Part shown: positions 26,897 through 35,796 of the stretch, one piece after another
How the letters are laid out: every line of letters starts with the position of its first letter
How positions within the stretch are numbered: the first letter of the stretch is position 1
Source of the DNA: Chloroflexota bacterium
Lineage (GTDB): Bacteria; Chloroflexota; Dehalococcoidia; GIF9; UBA5629
Assembly (NCBI GenBank): GCA_016875925.1
Contig: VGOO01000003.1
Span: 1-35,796, forward strand
DNA length: 35,796 nt
Direction: 5' to 3'
Program-made: the position numbers and the translations under genes
The notes under the pieces: generated by a model
What the model saw: the letters and a program-made list of their open reading frames with translations, nothing else
Told to the model about the DNA's origin: nothing
Database searches by the model: none

Positions 26897-27541
26897 TTAA
26901 AGGCTGATAATGCCCCTCTTCAGCGCCTCAGTCACCGCACCTGTACGGTCATTCACGCCCAGCTTCTGGAATATGTTGCTGATATGTGTTTTCACCGTAC
27001 TCTGGGAGATGTGGAGCGCAGCGCCTATCTCCTTGTTGGCAGCGCCTTTAGCCATAAGCTGCAATACCTCCAGCTCACGTTCGGAAAGCTCGTCGCCCGA
27101 AGGAGCCCTGCGGGACAATTCCGTCAAACGATCCAGTACCTTGGATGCTACTACCGGCTGGATTAGTGATTCACCAAGATGAACAGCCCTTATCGCCTTG
27201 AACAAATCTTCCCTGGGGGCATCTTTCAGTAGATACGCCCTGGCACCAGCCGCAATTCCCCGAAAGATGTAATCATCATCGCTATAAGTAGTCAATATCA
27301 CAAATTTTGTATCCGGTTTGGCTTCTCTTATCTGGTTCATAGCCTCTACACCATCCATCTCTGGCATGCGCAAATCCATGAGAACCACGTCAGGGCTAAG
27401 TTCTTTGGCCTTGCTGACTGCCTCTGTCCCGTTCTCCGCCTCCCCCACTACCACAAAGTCGCGTTCACGCTTTAGCATAGACAAAAGCCCTTCCCGTACA
27501 TACGGATGGTCATCGGCAATAAGTATTTTTATAGGCTCCAC
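26897..27541 (-). CDS. NarL/LuxR-family response regulator
   Basis: ILIADDHPYVREGL, PDVVLMDLRMP, HTH region LSERELEVLQLMAKGAANKEI...TVKTHISNIFQKLGV. Confidence 0.95.
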   Translation of the reverse strand: MEPIKILIADDHPYVREGLLSMLKRERDFVVVGEAENGTEAVSKAKELSPDVVLMDLRMPEMDGVEAMNQIREAKPDTKFVILTTYSDDDYIFRGIAAGARAYLLKDAPREDLFKAIRAVHLGESLIQPVVASKVLDRLTELSRRAPSGDELSERELEVLQLMAKGAANKEIGAALHISQSTVKTHISNIFQKLGVNDRTGAVTEALKRGIISL

Positions 27542-29649
27542 GATTGCACCTCCTGTCCAACAGGCAACACCACCCTGACCAACGTTCCTTTTCTCTTTGT
27601 GCTCTGTAATTCAAAAGTACCACCTAGACCTCTGGCACGCTCTTGCATACTGGTAAGCCCAAACCTGCGTTCTTTCCTAGTAGTTTCACCGATAGTCTCT
27701 GGCTTAAAGCCGACTCCGTCATCGCGCACGGTCAATGTTACCAACATGTCATCGAAACCCAGACTAACCTCCACTAAAGTAGCCCTGGCATGTTTCCTCA
27801 CGTTGGTCAATGCCTCCTGACAGATACGCAAGAGACCAGCCTCCAAATCTGGGGATAGGTCTCGTCGTTCTCCTGTTATAGCAAAACGAGCATCAATACC
27901 CGTCTCGTGAGCAAACCTGACCACTTCCTGCTTCAATGCGTCGGCAAGCTTGACCTTCTCCAGAGCCTGCGGGCGCAAATTCCAAACTGAACGCCGCGCT
28001 TCAGCAAGGCTCTTACGCGCCAGACTCGCTGCCTGCGCAATATGCCGCTCCACATCCTTGCTACCATGGCTCAGCGATTGTTCTGCAGCCTCTAGCTGAA
28101 GAATGATGCCGGTGAAACCCTGAGCCAAGGTATCATGGATTTCTCTCGCCATGCGGTTGCGCTCTTCCATCACTGCAATCTGACGCGTTTCAGCATAAAG
28201 ACGAGCATTCTCTATAGCCACTGCAAGCTGGTCAGCAATAGTCTGGGCGGTAAACACATCAGCCTCACCAAAGGCGTCTAACTCCGTGCTCTCTATATCA
28301 AGCACACCCAATATCTCATTGCCTATCTTCACCGCCACCGCCAACTCAGCCCTGATATCGCTTAATTCTTTGACCGGTCGATACCTTGGCTCCTTACTAA
28401 CATCGTTGGCCAACAGCACATCCCCAGTTTTGGCCACCCAACCCACAACCCCTTCCTCATCCACTTCCAGCGGCACGCTTACTGGAATCACTCCTCCCTG
28501 TCCACTAACGCTAAGCGCCTTAAGCGCTAACTTCCCAGACCCCGGCTCAAACAAAAAGATATTCACATTATGGTAATGGAAAGTCTCACGAAGCATGTTG
28601 CCAACGTAAGGTATCAGCTCATCCAGCTCTACGATGGAACTGATTCGGCGGCTAACCTCATTTATGGTGCGCAGTTGTTCAGCACGCTGCCGCTCCTGCC
28701 TGGTCCGCTCCTCTACCTTCTGCTCCAAGTTGCTGTAAGATTCCTTTAATGCCCTGGCCATAGCATTGAATTGTTCGGATAGTTGTTGAAGCTCATCGCC
28801 AGTCTCCACTTTGATGCTATAGTCCAGTTGTCCTTTCCCTATGACTTCTGTGCCTCTGGTGAGTGCTAAAAGCGGCCGTGTGATTGCCCTAGAAAGCAAG
28901 AAGATGACCACAGCAGCCAGGAGAATCACGCCAATGCCAACCGCAAAGAAGATCAATTGCGCCTTTTCCATCTGCTTCTCGATGTACTCGGTAGTAGCCG
29001 CCACCGTGGCAGCTATCTCGCGCTCTGCATCCTCAGCCGGCGCTAGGTACTCGTCAGTATAGGTAGCAGCAGCTACTACAAGATTTGTACCCGGAACAGA
29101 GATGCAGTGCATATACTTTCGCCTGGGGTTTTTCTGCTCATCTTCGCCCCAGGTGTAGTAGCCGGAAGCGTCGCCATGGATACCACGCTCCACGATGCTT
29201 AAGAACTGAGAAGGCTCACCGGCTATTTTGTTCAATTGGGTACCCACCATCTTAGGGTCCGGATGGAAAACCACCCTCAGCGTATCATCGTAGACCATGG
29301 TGTGGCCTGTTTGCCCCACGCTCTGCACGGCGATATCCCTCAACTCCTTATCATCCGCCAGCCGAGACATGTCCAGATTTGGATGGAATTGCAGATAAAT
29401 ATCCATCTCAGCAGCAATAAACAGTGCCTTGCGTTGTATTAATGTCCTTGCCATTCCCTCCAAAGCCGAAAAACTGGTACGCACCACGCTTTCGCCCATG
29501 CGAGCAGTATTATCCCTGGCACGATAGCCCACTTCATAAATGCTACGCGTAGCTATAGCACTGATAACACCCAGGGAAATGAGCATCAGCGCTAGGAAGG
29601 GAATGAGAATCTTGCCCCTCAGCCCGATTGCTATTTTACGCTTGGGCAT
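27529..29649 (-). CDS. Sensor histidine kinase (TM, Cache-like, TM, HAMP, GAF, HisKA_3, HATPase)
   Basis: QSVGQTGHTMVYD...FHPDP (Cache-like), GDELQQLSEQFNAMA (HAMP), GAF region ending QLAVAIENARLY, EERNRMAREIHDTLAQ, QEALTNVRKHA, DDGVGF. Start is 29649 or 29676. Confidence 0.92.
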   Translation of the reverse strand: MPKRKIAIGLRGKILIPFLALMLISLGVISAIATRSIYEVGYRARDNTARMGESVVRTSFSALEGMARTLIQRKALFIAAEMDIYLQFHPNLDMSRLADDKELRDIAVQSVGQTGHTMVYDDTLRVVFHPDPKMVGTQLNKIAGEPSQFLSIVERGIHGDASGYYTWGEDEQKNPRRKYMHCISVPGTNLVVAAATYTDEYLAPAEDAEREIAATVAATTEYIEKQMEKAQLIFFAVGIGVILLAAVVIFLLSRAITRPLLALTRGTEVIGKGQLDYSIKVETGDELQQLSEQFNAMARALKESYSNLEQKVEERTRQERQRAEQLRTINEVSRRISSIVELDELIPYVGNMLRETFHYHNVNIFLFEPGSGKLALKALSVSGQGGVIPVSVPLEVDEEGVVGWVAKTGDVLLANDVSKEPRYRPVKELSDIRAELAVAVKIGNEILGVLDIESTELDAFGEADVFTAQTIADQLAVAIENARLYAETRQIAVMEERNRMAREIHDTLAQGFTGIILQLEAAEQSLSHGSKDVERHIAQAASLARKSLAEARRSVWNLRPQALEKVKLADALKQEVVRFAHETGIDARFAITGERRDLSPDLEAGLLRICQEALTNVRKHARATLVEVSLGFDDMLVTLTVRDDGVGFKPETIGETTRKERRFGLTSMQERARGLGGTFELQSTKRKGTLVRVVLPVGQEVQSWSL

Positions 29650-29686
29650 CTGTAGCCCCCATTTCTCATTGTTCATGAGCCTGCTA

Positions 29687-31057
29687 TCAATCCTCTCTAG
29701 TGCCGACTGCTTTGGCTGACCACGTGGGCTGAGTGGTAAAAGCCTCACCGCTCAACTTTGCCTGCAAAGTGGATACCAAGTCTCGCAGAGGCAGTCTTAT
29801 CTGTGCCATGCCATCTCGCTCCCGTATGGTGACCTGCTTATCCTCCAAAGACTGAAAATCGATAGTGACGCAGAATGGCGTGCCAGCCTCATCCTGGCGA
29901 CGGTACCGTCTGCCTATGCTCTGGGCATCATCATACTGCGTCATAAAATGACGGTGCACCTCGGTATATACCTCCCGGGCCATCGGCACCAACTTCTCAT
30001 TGCGGCTCAGTGGCAGGACAGCCACCTTGATAGGAGCCAGGGCAGGATGTAACCGCAAAACCACCCTGGTCTCGCCTTCAGCAATATCCTCATCATAGGA
30101 GTCCACCAGGAAAGCCAGCACCGAACGGTCAACACCCGCCGAGGGTTCGATAACATAGGGGACATACCGCTCATTCGTCTCTTCATCGAAATAATCCAGC
30201 CCCTTCCCGCTGTGCTTGGCATGTTGAGCCAGGTCGAAGTCTCCCCGGTTAGCCACTCCCTCCAACTCAGACCAACCCATAGGAAACAGATACTCGATGT
30301 CGTAGCAGTCTTTGGCATAGTGAGCCAACTCTTCCTTACCATGCCGACGCAGGCGCAAGTTCTCCTTCTTGATGCCCAACTTCAGATACCAGTTGAAACG
30401 TTCCTTCACCCAGTAGTTGAACCACTCGTCATCTGTATCCGGCTTGACGAAGTACTCTATCTCCATCTGCTCGAATTCCCTGGTACGAAAGATAAAGTTG
30501 CCGGTTGTTATCTCATTGCGAAAGGACTTGCCTATCTGAGCAATGCCGAAAGGCAGCTTCTTGCGCATGGTGGAGCGCACATTTTCGAAATTGACAAAGA
30601 TGCCCTGCGCCGTCTCTGGCCGCAGATACACTACATTGGCATTGTCCTCCACAGGACCCATAAAGGTCTTGAACATCAGGTTGAACATCTTGGGTTCTGT
30701 AAGTTCTCCGTCGCAATCAGGACACTTTTCGCCGCTCAGTTGGTCAGCCCGCCACCTCAGGTGGCAGTTCTTGCATTCCACCAGCGGATCGGAAAAACCT
30801 TCCACATGCCCGCTAGCCACCCATGCCTGGGGATGCATCATAATACTGGCATCTATGCCAACCACATCATCCCGCTCCTGCACCACAGCCCGCCACCAGG
30901 CATCTCTCACATTTCTCTTCAGCTCTACTCCTAGAGGCCCATAGTCCCAACAACTGTTCAGCCCACCGTAAATCTCGCTGCTGGGAAAAATAAAACCCCG
31001 CCGCTTGCATAGCGAAACAATCTTATCCATATCAACTTTACGTTTCTCTTCAGGCAA
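29687..31057 (-). CDS. glyQS: Glycine--tRNA ligase, homodimeric (alpha2) type
   Basis: [73 protein letters not shown] start with SD GAGGAG. Confidence 0.96.
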   Translation of the reverse strand: MPEEKRKVDMDKIVSLCKRRGFIFPSSEIYGGLNSCWDYGPLGVELKRNVRDAWWRAVVQERDDVVGIDASIMMHPQAWVASGHVEGFSDPLVECKNCHLRWRADQLSGEKCPDCDGELTEPKMFNLMFKTFMGPVEDNANVVYLRPETAQGIFVNFENVRSTMRKKLPFGIAQIGKSFRNEITTGNFIFRTREFEQMEIEYFVKPDTDDEWFNYWVKERFNWYLKLGIKKENLRLRRHGKEELAHYAKDCYDIEYLFPMGWSELEGVANRGDFDLAQHAKHSGKGLDYFDEETNERYVPYVIEPSAGVDRSVLAFLVDSYDEDIAEGETRVVLRLHPALAPIKVAVLPLSRNEKLVPMAREVYTEVHRHFMTQYDDAQSIGRRYRRQDEAGTPFCVTIDFQSLEDKQVTIRERDGMAQIRLPLRDLVSTLQAKLSGEAFTTQPTWSAKAVGTRED

Positions 31058-31082
31058 CTCTTATCTCCTCAGGATTTCTGAA

Positions 31083-31111
31083 AGCTTATCAACTTTACCT
31101 ATTAGTGTCAA
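31083..31111 (-). promoter_or_regulatory. sigma70 promoter of glyQS
   Basis: Minus strand: TTGACA (31111-31106), 17-bp spacer, TAAGCT (31088-31083) preceded by TGn. Confidence 0.75.
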
Positions 31112-31198
31112 AGACTCACACTCGTCTTCTCGCTATAGCCAGGCTTCAATCAAATCATGGTGGATTGAAAGGTGACAGTCAGCTACAATACTAGTAAG

Positions 31199-32884
31199 GT
31201 GAATAAGCCGAGACCGCTCAAAAAAACCTTAAAACTACTAGCTATCATCTCCCTTGTTACTCTAGCAGCCGCATCGTGCGGACCTAACCTGCCACCTGTC
31301 ACCCCTCCACAACCCACCCAACTTACCCTACCATCCCCACCACCAGAACCACCCCCAGACAACACAGCACCAGAGACCATAATCAACAGCAGCCCTGGCA
31401 AAACCGTCAACCAGAACGCCGTCACCTTCCAATGGACAGGTACGGATGATAAAACGCCCACACCCGACCTGACCTACTCCTGTTACCTTGCCGGCTACGA
31501 TGCTGATTACTCCCCATTCACCAGCGATACCACCAAGACTTACTCCAACCTGCCAGATGGCACCTATACATTTTATGTCAAATCCAGAGACGCCGCCGGC
31601 AACGAAGACAAAACACCAGCCAGTGTGGAGTTCACCGTCCAAACTATCAAGCCATCGCCTGTCACGCCAGCAGCCCCGGTAGACAGCAGTCTGCTCATAG
31701 TCCCCAATAGCAATGTCAGCCATATCGCAGTTGGCCCCGATGGTAAAGCCATATACGCCATCGATGCCTTCAACGCCAAACTGTACAAGTCGGAGCAAGG
31801 CGGCTTTGGCTGGATTGACTCATCCAAAGGCATCGGTGGAGCCTCCGCCTGGGACGGACTTGCCGTAGCACCTGATGATGCCAATGTGGTCGCCATAATT
31901 GCCGATAGTGGCACCGAAGTCTATTTATCCACCAACGGTGGCACTAGCTTCTACCGAATGGGGCTGGCCGGCACACTCAAGGCTAGCGAACGGGCTAAAT
32001 GCCTCGCCCTCTCACCAGTCTATGGCCAAGGCCGGCGTGAACTGGCTGTGGGCACCTCCACAAGCAATGGTGGCGGTAGAGTCCTGCTCAGCATAAGCTC
32101 TGGTATGAGCACTGCTTGGGCAGACATCAGCACCGGAGTCAGCGGTTGGCTACCTAGCAGCCCTCCCATAGCTGGCGCCGATGTCTTCGCCATCAAATAC
32201 TCTCCCTCCTTCCCATCCGATGGCACGCTCCTGGCTATAGTCGCCAGCAAGCCACCGCCAGATACCGACGATACCTATCTCTACATCGGTTTCAAAGATA
32301 TGGGCACCAGCAACATCGTCTGGAACTCCTTTCCCGGCTATCCTGTAGAAATATGCCAGCCTGGAAGCGATAGCCCAGGCACACCACTCACCTACGCTGA
32401 CCTAGCCCTACCCGCAGACTACAACGGTGCCAACCCTGCACATCGCCACGTCTATGCTTGCTGGACAGACAATCCAGCAGGGTCAACATCTGTAGGCAAT
32501 CCCAATGACAGTGTCTATCGCCTCGATGATACCATCGTCTACAGGCTGCTGGTACACAACGACGTAATCTGCAGTCTGGCACACTATGGTAGGTTCAGCC
32601 GCGGCAAGCTGCTTGCCGGCGCCTTAAACGCCAGGCCAGGTACCTTCGCTACAGGCCCACAGGTTTACTTCAGCTTCAACCCACAATCTGCATACCCCGC
32701 CTGGCAGGAAAGCCGTAAGCCCCCAACCGGCCCAGGCCAGGCACGAGTCGCCTGGTCTCCCGATGGCAACCTGGCCTATTGCGGCACAAGCTCCACTGCT
32801 CCAGGTGGCCACGACCAGAGCGCTTTCTCTATTAGCCGCTACAACGGCCTTACCTGGAACCAGACCGGACTGATAGACCTCTAG
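31199..32884 (+). CDS. Surface lipoprotein: Pro-rich linker, one Ig/FN3-like domain, then the N-terminal half of the Asp-box surface-protein family
   Basis: Lipobox AAASC. Domain PDNTAPET...FQWTGTDD...YSNLPDGTYTFYVKSRDAAGN. Then IAVGPDGKAIYAID, GKLLAG, KPPTG, VAWSPDG and DQSAFSISRYNGLTWNQ match paralogs 1 and 2. Start is GTG 31199 or 31172. Confidence 0.75.
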   Translation: MNKPRPLKKTLKLLAIISLVTLAAASCGPNLPPVTPPQPTQLTLPSPPPEPPPDNTAPETIINSSPGKTVNQNAVTFQWTGTDDKTPTPDLTYSCYLAGYDADYSPFTSDTTKTYSNLPDGTYTFYVKSRDAAGNEDKTPASVEFTVQTIKPSPVTPAAPVDSSLLIVPNSNVSHIAVGPDGKAIYAIDAFNAKLYKSEQGGFGWIDSSKGIGGASAWDGLAVAPDDANVVAIIADSGTEVYLSTNGGTSFYRMGLAGTLKASERAKCLALSPVYGQGRRELAVGTSTSNGGGRVLLSISSGMSTAWADISTGVSGWLPSSPPIAGADVFAIKYSPSFPSDGTLLAIVASKPPPDTDDTYLYIGFKDMGTSNIVWNSFPGYPVEICQPGSDSPGTPLTYADLALPADYNGANPAHRHVYACWTDNPAGSTSVGNPNDSVYRLDDTIVYRLLVHNDVICSLAHYGRFSRGKLLAGALNARPGTFATGPQVYFSFNPQSAYPAWQESRKPPTGPGQARVAWSPDGNLAYCGTSSTAPGGHDQSAFSISRYNGLTWNQTGLIDL

Positions 32885-33034
32885 CTAGCAGTCTGAAGTT
32901 ACAAGTTTCAGGTTTTGCCACTTGCATCCTGAATCTTACATCTCACTCTTGCCTGTTGTTCAATAGCGACTGTGGCTGCACTGGTTGTCGAATGCAGTAG
33001 TTCCCACCAATGCATATATGAGCGGAAATAACTG

Positions 33035-33043
33035 TGATATAAT
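33035..33043 (+). promoter_or_regulatory. Extended -10 promoter element
   Basis: TGaTATAAT at 33035-33043; SD AGGAGG at 33091-33096. Confidence 0.6.
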
Positions 33044-33102
33044 GCGCTGAAGCATTCGTCAGTTTCCTGGCTGTCAAATAGTAATTACGCAGGAGGTTTA
33101 GC

Positions 33103-34851
33103 ATGAAGAACCTGGTGGCCCTCTTAGTGGTCGCTCTTGTTCTCGTTGGCTCTGGATGTGTTCCACCGACACCTATGATGGTAGAGCCGGAAACACCGGC
33201 GGATGGCAGTGCTGTGGGCTCCCTGACGCCGGTCTTGGCCTGGAGTTGTACTGCTGTAGCTACTTCTTACCATGTGCAAATCGCCGAAGACGCCAATTTT
33301 CAAGCGATAACTGTTGACGCTGCCAGTGTCAACAGCCCAACCTACACAGTGCCCTCTGGCACCTTGAAACACGGGCGAACATATTTCTGGCGGGTGAGCG
33401 CCAGCAGGGCTGGGCAGACATCGGGCTGGTCGCCCGCATGGTCTTTTAAGACCATTGGTGGAGGCCCTGCTGCCGGGGGGATATCAGTCTACGCCACTCT
33501 GGATGGAACACCGTGGACTGGTGCCGCTGACTTCACCGTGACCGGTCCTACTACCAGGTCTGGTGCTGCTGTGCCGAGCAACTTCACCGATTTGTCTCAA
33601 GGAACCTACACGGTCACATATAATTATGGTGGCCCGGCGGGGGCATCGCTGGCCAGCATCACCCCATCTCCAACGCAAAATCTAACTGCTGGTAGTTCAC
33701 TGGCATTCACCTTGAATTTCCACAGGCATTCGACTTCTAATATCAACGTCAGCGCCACTCTCGATGGTGCTGCTTGGTCTGGCGCTGTGGACTATACGCT
33801 AAGCGGGCCTTATAACGATTCTCATCATTCAGTGCCGGCCAGTTTCCCTGGATTGCCGTCTGGAACTTATACTCTGAGCTACAACGGAGGTGGCCCGGCT
33901 GGAGCTACCTTGACCAGCATTTCGTCGGCGCCTACACAAAGCCTTGGTTTAGGAGGGAATATCAATTTTACCTTGAACTTCACCCATCAGACCTTTGGCA
34001 ACGTGATTATAAATACTACACTGAACGGCGCACCGTGGTCGGGACAGGTAGCCTACAATTTGCACGGCCCTGTCACGGACTATCATGGCGCTGTGCCACA
34101 GACTTATCCCAATATGCCCTCTGGTATCTATACTCTGAGCTACTACGGCGGTGGACCAGCTGGTGCCACATTGGCCAATATCACACCATCGCCATCCCAA
34201 ACATTGTACAAAGAAACTACCATAGTGTTCAGCATGAACTTCTTCTCGCAACCACAAGCTGGCACCATAATAGTCAATGCTACGCTCGATGGTGCTCCGT
34301 GGCAGGTAATGCCTGGCTCCGGTAGCATCAATTACACCATCAACGGGCCAAAGGTTGATTCCAACCATAATGTCCCTGAGACTTTCAGCAACATGCCAGC
34401 AGGCATGTATACGCTTTCCTATAACTCTGGAGGCCCTATAGGGGGAGCGTTGGTAGGCATTACACCTTCCCCAAGTCAGGCACTGTCGCCTGGCGGCACT
34501 ATCGCCTTCACCTTGAACTTCCGAGCACAGGCTAAAGGCACTGTAGAAGTCAGCGCTACCTTGAATGATGAGCCATGGTCAGGTCCTGTGGGTTATGTGC
34601 TGCAAGGACCCTACGTAGAATCCGGACATTCAGTGCCACAGGTCTTTAGCAATGCGCCTGCAGGAGGCTACTCTGTGAGCTATAGCTCAGGCGGGCCACC
34701 AAGCGCTGTATTTGAAGGCGTTATGCCACCATCCCAGATGTTGCCCGCTGGTGAAAATATCAGATTCACTTTAAGATTTAGATTCAAGGGAGTGGAACCG
34801 CAACCGATGCCCGGACCTATACCAGGACCCATTCCCGGGCCACTGAAGTAA
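33103..34851 (+). CDS. Surface lipoprotein with one FN3-like domain and five tandem ~87-aa beta-rich repeats
   Basis: Lipobox VGSGC. FN3-like domain with YHVQIAEDANF...TYFWRVSA...WSFKT. Five repeats of (A/T)TL(D/N)xxxWxG...GP...VP..F...GxY(T/S)xxYxxGGP...Q.L...F.(L/M).F. C-terminal PGPIPGPIPGP. Confidence 0.8.
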   Translation: MKNLVALLVVALVLVGSGCVPPTPMMVEPETPADGSAVGSLTPVLAWSCTAVATSYHVQIAEDANFQAITVDAASVNSPTYTVPSGTLKHGRTYFWRVSASRAGQTSGWSPAWSFKTIGGGPAAGGISVYATLDGTPWTGAADFTVTGPTTRSGAAVPSNFTDLSQGTYTVTYNYGGPAGASLASITPSPTQNLTAGSSLAFTLNFHRHSTSNINVSATLDGAAWSGAVDYTLSGPYNDSHHSVPASFPGLPSGTYTLSYNGGGPAGATLTSISSAPTQSLGLGGNINFTLNFTHQTFGNVIINTTLNGAPWSGQVAYNLHGPVTDYHGAVPQTYPNMPSGIYTLSYYGGGPAGATLANITPSPSQTLYKETTIVFSMNFFSQPQAGTIIVNATLDGAPWQVMPGSGSINYTINGPKVDSNHNVPETFSNMPAGMYTLSYNSGGPIGGALVGITPSPSQALSPGGTIAFTLNFRAQAKGTVEVSATLNDEPWSGPVGYVLQGPYVESGHSVPQVFSNAPAGGYSVSYSSGGPPSAVFEGVMPPSQMLPAGENIRFTLRFRFKGVEPQPMPGPIPGPIPGPLK

Positions 34852-34866
34852 CGATAGAGCCAGCGG

Positions 34867-35784
34867 TTATGTGCTCCTCACTAGTAGTATTGGGCTGTTA
34901 GCCCCGCCCAATACCTTATCGGCTATGCTTCCCAGCGCCCAACGGCCAAGCCCTGAGCGACCATGCGTAGCCATTACAAGAAGGTCGAAATTGTTCTTGT
35001 TGGCGTAGCCAATGATGGCCTCGGCTACATTGCCTGTAGGCACTTCTGTGTGTGTGGTTAGGCCTTCTCGCTTTAACTCATCTTCCACCTTGCTCAGGTA
35101 GGTCTGGCATATCACTTTGCAGCGTTTGGTCTCGTAATCCAGGTATTCTTCCCAGGTCATGGGTGTAGGTGGAGGATAAGTGTAAGGGGGAAAGAATAAT
35201 TCGCAGACTCGGAGCAGGGTAAGCTCAACAGATTGCTTTCCAAATTGTTCGGCTAGCTTGCCAGCATCTTCTAGCGCCTTTTCTGCCCGCTCTGAGCCAT
35301 CAAGAGGCACCAGAATCTTCATCTTTTGGCCCTTTTTGTGCAGGCCTTTCTTGGAAGCGCTGGCCCTGATGAGCCATACTGGCACAGGCGACTCTTGAAG
35401 TACTTTGTCAGCAACGCTACCTCGTACCCAGCGCTTGACCCCGGAAAGGCCATGGGTAGCCATCACAATCAAATCCATTTTGCTCTTCTTGGCATAGTCT
35501 ACGATGGCATCGGCTGCTTTCCCCATCACTACCTTGGCCTCTGCCGTTTCGTGATACCTCTGCTTGCTCGCTAGATGGTTAAGATAGTCTTGAGCAGCAG
35601 CCCTAGCTTCTGATTCGATTTTATCCTTGAAAGCAGTTTTGGCCATGATAACTTCCAGCGGTTGAACTGCATACAGAAAAGTTATCGCAACAGGGTTGTT
35701 GGCTGTGGTAAGTGCCTCGACATGTGGCAGCACGCATTCAGCAACATCTGAACCATCGAGTGGAACCAGTATCTTGCTATACAT
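34867..35784 (-). CDS. Universal stress protein, two tandem USP domains
   Basis: KILVPLDGS occurs twice; DLIVMATHGLSG...GSVADKVL and DLLVMATHGRSG...GSIADKVL. Confidence 0.95.
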   Translation of the reverse strand: MYSKILVPLDGSDVAECVLPHVEALTTANNPVAITFLYAVQPLEVIMAKTAFKDKIESEARAAAQDYLNHLASKQRYHETAEAKVVMGKAADAIVDYAKKSKMDLIVMATHGLSGVKRWVRGSVADKVLQESPVPVWLIRASASKKGLHKKGQKMKILVPLDGSERAEKALEDAGKLAEQFGKQSVELTLLRVCELFFPPYTYPPPTPMTWEEYLDYETKRCKVICQTYLSKVEDELKREGLTTHTEVPTGNVAEAIIGYANKNNFDLLVMATHGRSGLGRWALGSIADKVLGGANSPILLVRST

Positions 35785-35796
35785 AATTTCCCCCTT

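Noticed and set aside
31058-31171. T-box riboswitch upstream of glyQS
   Set aside because: The promoter is about 25 bp from the start codon, and no T-box consensus or terminator is present.
32882-32896. TAG read-through extending the truncated surface paralog
   Set aside because: An in-frame TGA follows four codons later, and there is no downstream similarity to the paralogs.
1-35796. Prophage, integrative element, defence island or RNA genes
   Set aside because: I recognised no integrase, transposase, phage, nuclease, tRNA or rRNA signature by eye.

Overview
Gene-dense bacterial chromosomal window; the protein families suggest Dehalococcoidia (Chloroflexota), which is an inference and not tested. 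Left to right: a 5'-truncated PAS hybrid histidine kinase; a compact cobalamin riboswitch with terminator controlling a lone BtuF-like lipoprotein; a REP-like repeat cluster; two paralogous ~1,100-aa Asp-box/FN3-like surface proteins flanking an Ig-repeat membrane protein; a MoxR-VWA pair; and an envelope-stress-like block. That block holds a zinc-ribbon protein, a small secreted helical protein, an OmpR/BaeS-type two-component system, two tandem membrane-fusion proteins with very large helical insertions, and a MacB-type ABC transporter. It carries four identically spaced TTAA(C/T)A-N5-TTAACA-N9-TAnnnT promoter boxes. Then come hpt, ade, a FabK/nitronate-monooxygenase-family gene, a minus-strand NarL-type system with a 7-2-7 palindrome, glyQS, two modular surface lipoproteins that reuse domains of the large surface proteins, and a tandem universal stress protein. 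I saw no rRNA, tRNA, CRISPR array, integrase or transposase. The best candidate for an undescribed system is the twin giant-adaptor MacAB-like exporter with its local four-box regulon. All calls are from motif reading by eye; no searches were run.
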